DNA of 64,000 bases from Paraphysomonas bandaiensis (lineage: Eukaryota > Protista > Chrysophyceae): NCBI GenBank assembly GCA_965644295.1, contig CBFFRP010000119.1, forward strand, positions 124,001-188,000, read 5' to 3'. How positions within the stretch are numbered: position 1 is the stretch's first letter; each line of letters starts with the position of its first letter. Shown piece by piece: positions 1 through 12,700 of the stretch. The translations under genes and the position numbers were made by a program. The notes under the pieces were generated by a model. That model was not told where the DNA came from, did not search any database, and saw nothing but the letters and a program-made list of their open reading frames with translations.

Positions 1-1693
1 GATTAGTGCACCGGCCAAAGATTCCATCAATACTGTTTCTGTTAAAGTAGCTCACAATACTATTGCAATCAATATTATGATTGCCACATACGAAAAGATT
101 CTCAAGTATAGGATGCAAAATATACGCATGTACATAAATATCCCTAAAAATAAGAAAAAACCCTATTTTTATATTATTTATTGGTTTTTACGTATCGCTT
201 GCTCTGCACTCTCTATACATGTACACTACCTATCTTAATATAATGTACTCCTGTATTATGTATCATATATCTATCCCATATATCATACTGAATACTGACA
301 AGAAGTGACGCCTGAACGATGAGTACTTAAAAAAGTAGAGATATTCACAGCTGTTTTCGGAGTCCGACTTAAGACTTAATCTCACTGTCAATGAGCTCAT
401 ATGTAGCAAAGAGATGTGACAAAACTTGATGAAGCAGAAGATCCCTCATTCGACAAGCAGACCTAATGAGTTTAAGAGTGCTTCCTTGCTACGTGGCTCT
501 CTATCTTCAGGTTGTGCTCAAGTGGTTGTATAGAAGAGACCCTGTATTAGGAATTAGAGGCCACCGGATGTAGTGACTGATATGATTTTTACTGCTCGAC
601 AAAATTCCGATATCACTGCCCTACTGCTCGACGACTTGAGAAATGTACCTCCAATACATATGAACGCCTGTTCAGCGCAGCTTGACTTATTAACTCAGTA
701 GTGCTACAAGAAAATATGCACCCTACTACACTTGATATTATGATGTTGTTTGTGAAACACTTGTTGTGGCCGGATGCATATTTCAATTATTTTTGAATGA
801 ATGTGGTGATAATAATACATCACCAATGATGGTTCAGAGAATGAGTAGGAGGAGAGTTGTGACTAGCTAAGCAGTATAGGTAGTCTTTGTCTACTAGCAG
901 ATAGAGTAGTGTGTTTGGTTATCATGTTATCTTAATGACTAGTATTGAATATGGAATCTACGCAGGTGTGTATAACTGCTAACTAACGATACTACTACTA
1001 TGTTGCAATACCCTAAACAAAAGTCGGACTCGCACCTTTTCGTGGTGTTCTGGGGGATAATAATAAGTACCGGGAAAACTAACGTGAGCCGCAAACATAG
1101 GCAGCATATATTTTTCTGCCCACTCATAGCGAATGCTTGTGTGGTACATGGGACACCAATAAAAGGGTCACTTGTGTATACGTCTTTGGGCCTTGACGAA
1201 TAAACATGCATCCGGGAATGGGCCCACCTCAAGGGCATCCGGGACAGGGCCCACCTGAAGGGTAACTAGGGTATCGGGCTGCCTGCTGAATTCAAGCATC
1301 CGAGATGATGTTCACCATAACCTGAAGTTAGCAGATGTCAACATTCTGCTTGCTCACGGCGTTTGCTTTGAGCGATAGAGAGGAGGTGGTTGCATCTTTT
1401 GGTGCTTGCGGCGACGTAGTACAAGCAGCTTTCATAGCGTTAAATATAGTAGGATAATAGCCATAATAGCCATAGCGTTAAATAGTAGGATATAATAGAG
1501 TTTGTACATAGTCTAGTACTTACGCCTAGCTACTAAACTTGTGCTAATCCTTAGCGCCTATTGCTAAAAATAAGACTTTCAATATATATATAGCAATAGT
1601 ATTGTTGGGTTGTGGTTAAAAAAACTCCATCAAAATTATTGGTGAGACGCTCACTAACAATAGTATTGCAATAATATATTGTTCCCTAGCCCT
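1..1693. mobile_element. Non-autonomous hAT-like element, family A (TIR ~CAGGGMTAGGGAACAATAT); left end lies outside the window
   Basis: 1-140 matches the sub-terminal region of the complete copy at 48487-49051 and the copy starting at 38822. It ends ...CAATAGTATTGCAATAATATATTGTTCCCTAGCCCTA, like 43686 and 49051. Confidence 0.65.
1170..1583. repeat. Dispersed repeat family (core GGTGCTTGCGGCGACG..CAAGCAGCTTTC.TAGCGTTAAATAGTAGGATA), copy 1
   Basis: An inverted copy lies at ~2742-3047. Partial copies lie at ~33085-33257, ~35329-35420, ~38745-38778 and ~57960-58125. Confidence 0.7.
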
Positions 1694-1811
1694 AGGTGAA
1701 TTGGTGTAATGGATGGATGAATATATTATAGTTACGAAGAAAGTAAATTCAGTTACTGATGTGTGTGACTGTATATATATATAATACTCTATATTATAAA
1801 AGGTATATAGC

Positions 1812-2628
1812 TGAGCCTGCTGGTAACCATCATTACCGTAATGGTAATACCATTATAATTGCCTGGACCTATTTCATTAATTGCCAGGAACTGGGCACCC
1901 AGCCATTCATGGCATTTACTGGTACTTGGTACTTTTGATATATTATGCGATATAGAATTAAGATGTTTTCAGAAATTTTATCTCCTCTATTTTCCGAATT
2001 ATCTCTCTAATAAGCAATAATGTTCATGCAGCTCTAAGCTCACTTTGCGGCAACTTTGAGCATTATCAGCGGCAAACTTACAAATTTAATGCTATTATAT
2101 AAGTTAGAAATTAGTTTCGTCAAAGTAACAACATGCTCGACAAATGAAGTGCCTGCTTCGTTAATGAGGTGTTAGAAATTAACACTGTCATTGGTTTATG
2201 TACGACACATTCACATATATATTATTATGGTGCAATATATATATAATATACAGTATATATATATTATATTGTGGTCAATTGAAGTGAGGCTCACAGCACA
2301 ACAATATAACGGCGTAAGTGACTGCCATATTCTCATATTAGTCATCCTTCTTCAACCCACAATGTCGTACATAATGGTAATATATATTATATATACGACT
2401 TGCAAATTTCATATTTTTACATACTTCTTAATCATAGGAAATATAAAATATCAATGCCTATTAATCACACGCCTTCAATGCTCTCATTTTATGAGATAAT
2501 TTGCTTCTTTTTATGCTGGTAGGAAGGCCAATCCAATGACCCCAACCAAAAACATTTTTCATTGATGCCATTATAATTGCCGGGAGTTGGGCACCCAATA
2601 ATGGGTCATTTATGGTTTCCAGAACCTG
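1812..2628. mobile_element. Degenerate hAT-like MITE, family B (TIR ~CAGGGCCTGGTAACCATTAATGG)
   Basis: Ends CTGGTAACCAT... and ...TATGGTTTCCAGAACCTG. Internal similarity to 40015-40242 (GCATTTACTGGTACTTG, TGTTCATGCA.CTCTA). Confidence 0.55.
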
Positions 2629-2741
2629 AGATATAGGATATATATATTATAATATATAAAGGTGATTGATTGTGAACATAATATTATTATGATAAACGAT
2701 ACACAGGTGTTTCTGAGAACAGCAGTTAGCCCGATGAAATA

Positions 2742-3047
2742 GTATTAGTAAACTTTTCATTATTAGCAATAGGCATGTAAGAGTCAGAACTAATTTAGCA
2801 TTACAATTTAACTAACTAGAGTTAGTTCTAACTACTATTTAGAGCTACGAAACCTGCTTGTGCGTCACCGCAAGCACTAAGGTGCGACCACTTTTGCTCT
2901 ATCTCTTACTTTTGACTCCTTAAGGTGTTAAGGTGAACATCCCGGATGCTTGACTTCAGCAGGCAGCCCGATACCCCGGATGCTGTTGAGGTGGGCCCAA
3001 TCCCGGATGCATGCTTATTCGTCAAGGCCCAAAGACGTCTACACAAG
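2742..3047. repeat. Inverted copy of the 1170-1583 dispersed repeat
   Basis: GCTTGACTTCAGCAGGCAGCCCGATAC...TTATTCGTCAAGGCCCAAAGACGT is the reverse complement of ~1178-1300. GCTTGTGCGTCACCGCAAGCAC matches ~1400-1430. Confidence 0.75.
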
Positions 3048-3467
3048 GCCCAATATTGATTGGTAGTTGAGATGATCTCTATCATCTAGCGAATGGCAAT
3101 GAATGATAAGTGATACTGATTTACTAGTTGATTATTGATGAGTTCAACGTTCCATTAATTCAGTTTAAAAAATTCTGGCAATCTTGATAAACTCTGATGT
3201 ATATTATTATAATTTAGATTCAACAGTTTTCGATTTTAATCTTGATACTACAAACCATTAAAGTACTAGTCCGAGATGTTACACAAACTAGAACGAAACG
3301 GTCTTACTATGGTGAGGAACATATTTAGTTTCTGAAATTTGTATAACGAGTGACAGAATAAACAGCTGCTAAAGCTAAAATAAAAAACATGCGTATTTTA
3401 GAAAAAATGGTCTATCCATGTGCAGCAAAACTTAGACAATCACCCACTATTTCAACCTTTGGTCTAC

Positions 3468-5164
3468 CTAAAAGGAGATACTTGACTGGTCAACATTGTA
3501 GGGGTCCTCAAAATGGCCTTTTTTTACTTTAGTTGGTGTGGCATTAGGAGTTGAAGGCTGAGAATTTCGCTTCCCTTGGCGAACCAAATCTACATACTCA
3601 GGTTCTATTGGGTGACCGAAAGCTTCTTTTACGGGTGCCTCATCCTCTACCACAATAGTCTTCGCCACATATGCAGTGGTAGGATTGAACAGCCGGCTCT
3701 CAATATTGCTGTAAACCTTAGATCTGATAATCTTCGGCTTGCCCGTATCCGGTAGGGAAGGGGAAGGAGCATTGGGCGAACGGGGCCACACGTTATGCGA
3801 AGAGGAGACTGTTGGACGGCACAGACGTGAGTCATTACGTATCCCCCGTTTCGGAGAAAGCGAAGAGCGTAGCGAGCAATTAGACTACATAATATTTTTA
3901 AATGCATACATCAATTTATAGATATATACAAGCACAACAAGACAGTGCAAAAGAGTACCTGCGGACTTGAAACAGAGGATCTTTCTTTCTTCCATGCAGA
4001 TTCGAGGTACGATGCTGTGGGTGAATGTAACCTTGATCCAATGTTTTTATATTTGTTGTAGTGTTTCTCAGGGATCGGGGGAGGTGGTAGGTCGCTGTCG
4101 AGGACAGACCCACGGCGGACATTAGTATTGTATTTGGGAAGATTAGGGGGAGAAGTAGACGCGTCGGAGGAAACTGATGTGCGGGGAGTGAATTTCGCCT
4201 TCTCAGACGCAACTGTTGTCTCATGAAGGCGCGATGGAATATCACGGTATAGGGTATCTTTCGGCGGAGAAGCAAGGGCACATGCCTCAACGTGTAAGAT
4301 GTTCTCTGCATCCGACTTTTTGAATGTTGTCCGGAATCTTGGAGACCCTGCCCGGCCATTATCGGTCATAGTTTTTTCACTTCCCACCCATTTGCTGTTT
4401 TCTGTTGCTAATGTCATACGATGAAACCGTGACTGTACATGTTCATAAGGACTATTTTCTCGCTTTGAGAAGGCGGGAAGCTCCTTGTGGATAGTCGATA
4501 GTTCTCCAGGTAACATGCTTGTGGAGAATCTGCGGTGTTGACAGGATGCCTTTTCAGGCTTCTCTTCTTCATCAGTGGGTTTCACCCATTTCCCATGAGT
4601 AGCTGCAGCGGTTGGGGCATGCAAACGGGACTGCACAGAGTTTTTGTATGGATCATGCCAGCGAGATCTATCTTCCTGTATATTCGAAAATTCCAGAGTA
4701 TTTACACTATTGCGCCGAACAGATGTAGAAAATTTAGGACCTAGCTTCCCTCTTTCAATAAGGTCATCAGCACTCTTGCATTCTAATCGTCTCGCGTTAG
4801 TATGGACTGAAGGGGTGCGAAAGGGCTCCTCGGGCTGATGACCCTCCACTTCACACTCCTCTTCGTCCTCTTCCTCCGTATCCTCATCAACTGAGTAGTC
4901 ATTGTCTACTTCATCATCCTCATCATCATCACTGTCCTCATCATCTTCATTATCATGTGAGCAGTCACGATGATCCTCATCTCCAACACGTACACCCTCT
5001 GCATTATCCCCATCAGAAGCGACACATCCATCCGCCTCGACGTCCACTGCACTGTGCTCTGTATCTACTCTAATCCCGCCACTTGCACACATATCCGCCT
5101 CTATGGGACCCAGTTCGCCACTATCCAACCCCTCTACACTTAGATTACCTGCTACAGGGTCCAT
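3468..5164 (-). CDS. Hypothetical protein: acidic N-terminus plus six SRL-x-x-(P)T repeats; two exons (intron ~3885-3958)
   Basis: The 417-aa ORF joins in frame through a GT..AG intron to ORF 3468-3791. Repeats: VQSRLHAPTAA, VQSRFHRMTLA, IPSRLHETTVA, IGSRLHSPTAS, DSRLCRPTVSS, IESRLFNPTTA. Confidence 0.75.
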
Positions 5165-5340
5165 GCTATTGGTTCTCTACTCCGACATTGAAATTAATGT
5201 GCACTGTACACTGCCTTGTCACATGTACATACACCTCTATACCATACACCCTCTATACAGGCTTTATACGGTATATACGATCAAACTACCAGGCAACTGA
5301 CACAACTGCGTACATCATACATACCTACGTACCTATATGC

Positions 5341-5927
5341 ATATGTATGTATGTATGTATGTAGGTATGTATGTATGTAGGTATGTAGGTATGTAGGTAT
5401 GTAGGTATGTAGGTATGTAGGTATGTAGGTATGTAGGTATGTAGGTATGTATGTATGTATGTATGTATGTATGTATGTATGTATGTATGTATGTATGTAT
5501 GTATGTATGTATGTATGTATGTATGTATGTATGTATGTATGTAGGTATGTAGGTATGTAGGTATGTAGGTATGTAGGTATGTAGGTATGTAGGTATGTAG
5601 GTATGTAGGTATGTAGGTATGTAGGTATGTATGTATGTAGGTATGTATGTATGTATGTATGTATGTATGTATGTATGTATGTATGTATGTATGTATGTAT
5701 GTATGTATGTATGTATGTATGTATGTATGTATGTATGTATGTATGTATGTATGTATGTATGTATGTATGTATGTATGTATGTAGGTATGTAGGTATGTAT
5801 GTATGTATGTATGTATGTATGTATGTATGTATGTATGTATGTATGTATGTATGTATGTATGTATGTATGTATGTATGTATGTATGTATGTATGTATGTAT
5901 GTATGTATGTATGTATGTATGTATGTA
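5341..5927. repeat. (TATG)n/(TAGGTATG)n microsatellite between divergent genes
   Basis: Directly visible tandem repeat. Confidence 0.98.
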
Positions 5928-6112
5928 TTCTGTGTATGTTGTCGTTAGGGGTGGTGTTTGAAGTGGTGATAACTGCCGGGTGTTAGTTAAGGAGCATGTC
6001 ACTGCCATCCTCATGATCAGATACTGTATATCCCTCTCTGTTTTGCGAGTAACCATTCCATCTCTCTGTATTGCATAACGCTGCTTGTAGTCAGTCTGTT
6101 TACAGTTGTCTC

Positions 6113-8516
6113 ATGTCTGCAGTGAAGTCAGGTGCCTCCTCTGAAGAGCATCATCCAGATGACAAGAAGTTGAGTGGAAGGGATTTTACTCGTTTACGTG
6201 ACCGCAAGAGAGCCACCACTGATAGTTTTTGTTTGGTACGTGTGACTGATAGTGTATGTGTGCTGATGTATTGGTAGCTGCTATTGGGGGGATGCTGGAT
6301 TGCGATGACTATAATTGGCTTCATTGTTCTGGGTTGGATTGATAGCGAACACCTGAACCCTGGCAACCCTGCGAGGTGATGTTATGCAGATATATATGTC
6401 CAGTATTTATTTTGGATATAGATTAACCAATGCGCTGGACTATGACGGTCGAATATGCGGATATTCAGATGGTGTGAGGAATAAACCTAATGCCTATTAC
6501 ATGATTAACGCAGCAGGTATTGCGTATTATTATAAATATGGGTAAGGTTTAACACATGAACCAGTGGTGTGTGTAAAACGCTGTCCTGGAAGTACCGATT
6601 ACACAAATTTTATATGTTTTGATGAGTACCAAGAGGCTGCTGATTCTAGCCCTGATAATGCATGGACTTTTGTGAGCGAGAGGGTGTGTATGTATCAGGC
6701 TAGCACTTATGAATGTAAGACCTGAATGTGATCTGATATTATTAATTATTAACGTTTTTTTATTAGTTTTGAATCGTTGTTGGTACGACAACGCTGATGA
6801 GTCTAATAGGACGGCTTCTGATGTGGCTGCTGAATACATTGATACTTCTGAATTTCCAGTCCCTGATAAATACAAAGATGGCGACTCTGCGGAGTATTCG
6901 ACTGGATTTTTTGCTGACTTATATAGCATGAGGGGATATATATTTGGGTTTGGTTTGGGAATCGGATTGGTCTTTTCTTTTGCTTACCTCTATTTCTTGC
7001 GCATCCCTGGCCTGTTGTTTACCCTCATATGGACAATGCTGATAAGTACGAGTATTTATATCCACAAGATCACATGCATATATGGCTAGCTTTATACCGA
7101 TTCGCGTTACGTCTTGTTTTTATCATGTGTAATGCAGGTGTGTTTGTTGTTCTCCTTATGGGTTCAGTTCTGGTTTACACAAAAGCACAGCGATGGGAGA
7201 ATAATGAGAATAGACAGCGGTCCGAGTGGATGACCCTTCGTGTATTGAGTATTATTGGCTTCATATTGACTGGATTGTATGTTTGTCTTCTTCTCGTATT
7301 GAGAAAGCGAATTATGTTGGCTATTGGGGTGGTCAAGGAAGCATCACGTGCACTGGCAGCAATGCCAATGTTAATTATGATGCCCCTCATACAGTCCTCA
7401 GGAATTTTAATATTTCTCGTACCATGGGTCGCGTACACGATATACCTTGCGTCGTCAGGTGAAATCAAGAGTGAGAAAACAACTGTTAACGACCAAGAAG
7501 TTTCGTATAAGTCTATAGAATATGATGACAACACTCGACTGGCATTTCTATATCTCCTTTTTTGTTGGTTTTGGACATCTGAATTCATCTTAGCCGTGGG
7601 TGAAATGGTAACAGCGCTTTCAATTGCGGGATGGTATTTTTCTCGGAACAAGAAGAATGAAGGGAACTGCACAGTTGTATGGGTAAGTTTTATCCTGATT
7701 ATATTTTCTCCAAATTCTGTAGTAATGTCCTTGCAGGCGTTCAAAACTGCTTTCTCATACCACCTAGGCACAGCAGCCTACGGATCTCTTGTAATTGCAA
7801 TCGTGAAAACTATTCGTGCAGTACTAACCTATTTGCAAAAGAAGGCTAAAAAAACAGAAAACCAAATACTTCTCTATTTGCTTTCCTGTCTGCAGTGCTG
7901 CATGTGGTGTTTGGAGAAGTTCATGAAGTTTGTCAACAAGAACGCTTATATTCAGACTGCCATTCATGGCTATTCGTTTTGTAAGGCTTGTCGGACGGCG
8001 TTCTTTTTGATTGCGAGAAATATTCTGAGAGTTGCTTGCGTCAGCATTGTAGGAGACTTTGTGCTGTTTCTAGGAAAGGTATGTTATCAAGTATTACATA
8101 GTCATAATATATACTCTAACTCTACACAATAGGCCTTGGTACCACTCTCTACAACGTTTCTGTGTTATGTTGTTTTGGCGTATGATAAAGGCGATAATGT
8201 ATACGGCTTATTTGGCCCGTTGTTTATATGTTTCATGCTATCCTTTATGGTTGTCTGCATGTTCTCTGAAATATTCGGGATGACAATCAGCACTGTTCTT
8301 ATTTGTTTTATTGCCGATGAGGAAATGTTTCCACCTGCGGAGAGATATGCGTATAGTGAACTGACTGGAACTATGAAAAAGTCACAGCAGGCGGCAAAGG
8401 TGGCGCAGGTGACTCTGAACATTCTCTATTCAATATGGTTGCTAATTTCAGTGCTATAGATTGCACCGGAGGAGGAAAAACACACTGTAAACAAGAAAGA
8501 AAATTCATTGCTGTAG
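6113..8516 (+). CDS. Choline transporter-like protein (CTL/SLC44 family), multi-exon
   Basis: Family motifs RxxTDxFCL, GNPARL..ALDYDGRICG, LRKRIMLAIGVVKEAS, YHLGTAAYGSL, CCMWCLEKFMKFVNKNAYIQTAIHGYSFCKA, TVLICFIADEE. Short GT-AG introns. ATG at 6113; predicted stop TAG 8514-8516. Confidence 0.9.
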
Positions 8517-8911
8517 TATATAGTAGTTTTGTTATGGTTTGTATACGACTGTACTTGATATTCATACCAAACCAGGTATAGTTCAGTACATTCAAGTACT
8601 TTCATTAGTTTCATGTAGTGTATAGTTGCATTATACTGATAGCATTTGATATATGATAGATAACCTTTAGTTGCTATACATAATCTTTTTGAGTACAGTT
8701 ACAATGAAATTTCATGGACAAACAAAGAAATCTGAAGAAAACATATTTTTATAGTATTAACAGAGAATAACATAAGTGGTACTATTATTTAACTGTCAAC
8801 AACTAGACGTTCTAAAATGGACCATATCATAAATGAATCCCATAAAGGATATGATTGTAAAAAAAATTGGTACCACCGTTACTTACTTAACGCTATTTTT
8901 GTTACGACAAA

Positions 8912-9787
8912 TGTAATAACCAGCTATCAGGTTATTCTATTCTACAAGCTCTCTATTGTATATGCTTAAGTTTGTACATACTATCTGTGCAAACATAGAT
9001 TGAATATTATTATTATTACCATAACTCACACTGAGATATATGATGTATTATGACTATGACAATTCATGCTTATTATTGATATTTACATAATCATTCAAAA
9101 GACAAAGAGAGACATGATTATCAATAATGAGACATAATGATGATACTGATGATGGATGATATATATATATGTTCTTATTATATATATATATTGACTTTAA
9201 GGCTGGAGAAGTTTACTGGAGAATTCCGGGTTTGATATCCACGCTGATAGATGTGTATTGCCAGATTATCCAGTAATACAGTTATACATTACGTATTTCC
9301 TTCAGTGCTTATTGGGGATTGATTGTACTAAGGAGTACGAATACCAGGCTTCAACTACAAAGAGAATACTGAATGTATCTTCCCTTATACAGTTGTGATG
9401 AGTTATTATGATCAACTGTGTTAGACTGATGTGTTTGGTATTGAATATGAATGATGTTCATTCCATTGATCACGGAATCGTAGGTAGACATATTTATATT
9501 ATTGATAATAAGATGCAATTTCCTTACTCTTGAAATTGCTGGTAGATAGCATTGTAGTTGTAGACATATATTTGTTCATTGTGATTTGATTATATTGTTA
9601 TTATTATGGAGGAGGAGACTCTTGATAGCGCACAAGAGTCTACTAAATTCGAGTCAGTGAGAAGGACCCTCAGGCTTATGCTTGGAGGGTTAGACCCTTC
9701 CATTGCCAATGCCAGTGAGGATCAAATCCGGGATATAGGCTTGGCATTTGGGTTGTCTGAGATCGAATCAGAGACGTTGGTGTCTCA
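8912..9787 (+). repeat. 5' LTR (876 bp)
   Basis: TGTAATAACC...GGTGTCTCA; same length as 18313-19188, no differences seen by eye. Confidence 0.97.
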
Positions 9788-12700
9788 ATTTTTTAAGGAA
9801 ATTTCATCTCTCAATAAACAAAGTGACGACTTTAGAGAGACAGAAACTCATGAAGCAGACAGTCAAGCAACGACTGTTCCAGAACTGGTGGATCGTCTTA
9901 GTAGTCCGGAGGAGGTACCCTTGTCAGCCCGAAAACCTCTCGCATTCGGTAAGGACGCTATTCAACCATTGAGGGCTCAGGATGATTTTTGTTCGTTTGA
10001 TGCAGATGCGACAGGAGATAGTCCATTGCATATGGACCCCTTGCCATTCAAGGAACAAAGTAACAAGGAGGCTGAGGCAAAGGAGTGTCATTATACACCC
10101 TTACCTCACGCAGGGGATGAGGCACACAATGTGCTACATTCCACCTCTGGATTGCAAGGTGTATATAACACCAGCAGACCAGACCAACTAGGTAGAGATG
10201 CGGATAGGTGTCAAATCTGTCAGCGACTCACAGATCCCAAGCGTCTCACCGCAGGAGGAATATGTTATTATTGCTCGGAAAATCAATGTATCGATTGTAA
10301 GGACCAGGTAAATTCAATGGAAATTCAGGGTGGTCTATGTTATCGATGCCGAGTAAGAAGGGGGATACTCAGATCAAAGAGACCCACCACAGACACATTA
10401 GAGAAGTGCATAATATTGGGCCATAGAAGATTGCGTCCTCGGCCAGACCTAAACGAGGACACATATATGGAGCATTTGTACCTGGATCGTGGGGCTAGAG
10501 ACCCTATGGACCTAAAGATTTCTCTTAACATCCTGCAACAGTACGCAGATCGACGGAGGGTACATACCACCAGATGGTCAAGACAGCGATACACCGCTCA
10601 TATAGCAGAGCCACTGCAGCATTGGGAGCAGCAGATTTACATGGCTTGTACAGCTACTGAGGTCACTGATCGTTTACAGGACCACTTTTTTGAGCAAATG
10701 AAAATAGCAAGAGAGAGTTCTGCGGAAGATATTTCTCAGCTTGCCCAACTAGTCTTAAATCGAGGAAACGGCTTGCAATTACCATCAAATGTTCGCGAGT
10801 GGTTAAGTAGGCTGACAGTTCTTGACAATGTACATGAGTTAGTGGCTGAAGAGCACATTTACGAAACAGCGGAATTGTGTATGGTGCTGAACCAATACCT
10901 TGATATAAGAGACATGGCTGAAACTATGTGGGAGGAGGCCGATAGCCAACTAATGATGCGCTGCAACCTCCTCAGCAAACAACTCAGTCAGCAAAATAAA
11001 AAATTTGGATCTTGGGAAGAGAGGACCGTTGACTCTGACGATGAGTCATACCACTCCTTCGTCAGCAATGGTAGTCGGGGTTCCTTTGTCAGCAGAGGAA
11101 GTTGGTCAGCGGATACCAGATCAAGTACATCCCGAGTGTTGAGTTCTAGGGGTTCAAGATCGAATTCCCGTATTTATCCAACTGAAGATGGCAGACTGCT
11201 AGACGCACAAGCATTCGGGTGTCACCTTCAACAAATTGGAGAGCAACACTGGTCACTGCTCTGTAACCAAATGCGATCGTCTAGAGCCATGCGGTTAATG
11301 TCTAAAGCATTGCCCAAAGCTACTCCATGGAGAAGAGAAGTCAAGGAGCCTACTCTCTACATGAAGACTGATGACAAGATGCGTCTAGAGAAAGATCATT
11401 CTAATCGATACCCCATTGAAAGAGGACTCCGTTTTGCTGTCCAGAAGGCACGTCAGGCCAAGATGGGGCTGAAAGATTTGGTCATACAGACAAAGAATGG
11501 TTGGTGTTTTAAGGGCGGCTTTAAAGAGGAACTGCAACGGTTGTCTTTGAATCGTGTGCCAGAGATATGGGATGACCAGGAGGATAGCCAATTAGCCACT
11601 GAATATGAATTTTGGATGCGTCGTTGGGTGCATTTCTGCCATTGGGCTATCCGTAATTATTGTCCCGTACAGACCAATGAACAGCGTGCCAAACAGATTG
11701 AGGACTGGGCTGCTCCTGATCTCGCTACGCCTACAGCAGTTATGCAACTATATTATGAACTAAAAGAGGTAGTTGAACATAATACGCCGGATCGCCAGAC
11801 GGCACAGGTGATGGAAGAATCTATGCGCCGAGTGGTAGGAAAAGAGCCTGTTTGGGGTAAATCGTTGGTTGCAGCGTACGACAATAAGATCACAAAAATT
11901 GAAAGGGCGAAGTCGACTGAAAATTGGAGTCTATCATGGGAGGAGGTAGAATCAATCTGGCGAGAGATTCAGGAAGAATTCCAGCAGGGAACGCTGCTAT
12001 ACATTATACGTCCTGATGTCCAATCTAGTAAACAACCAGACACAACTAAGGGTGAGGGAGGCTTACGACGACATCACAAAGTTCATGCCGGCATACGCGA
12101 GGAACCCAAACCATCTCTCACACCGATTGAGATTGCGAAGCTTACATGTTCACGATGTGGCCTTCGACATAGTATTAACAACGCTCAATGCCGACGCATC
12201 ACGAATGGGAAATTTGACCCACTTGGATTTGTGTCTGAGACACCACGTAACATTGAAAGGAATCGAATATACAATTTTTGGTTGTCCAGATTGAATAAGT
12301 ATAGCCAACCTTGGTCTCAGTTGCCTACGGCTCAGAAGGAGGAATTTCAGGCAGCATTTCGGGATTTGACTAGCCGGTGGGATGGAGGGAGTGCTTTGCA
12401 TACGACATTCATTGGTGGCGAACGGAAGAAATCCAATTCCATAGCATCAAGTGTTTCTAGTACACCACAAGTACATTGGGCGGATAGTGATGATGACTCT
12501 TCTTTCTCTACACTGGATGACTCTATACCTGCTCACAGTACAGACTCACTTTCCGGTTCACGATCTACTAAGTCAAAATCAAAACCCAAACGAAAGGTTC
12601 ATGCTGCACAAAAAGTTCGATACTTAGTGCACACTGTGACACCTAGGGATGAATCTCAAGATACATTATCCATGTTTCGTGTTCTATATGATACAGTTGA

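Noticed and set aside
939-2499. Short ORFs in repeat-derived AT-rich DNA, and antisense ORFs overlapping real genes elsewhere
   Set aside because: No recognisable motifs; they lie within MITEs or opposite well-supported CDSs.
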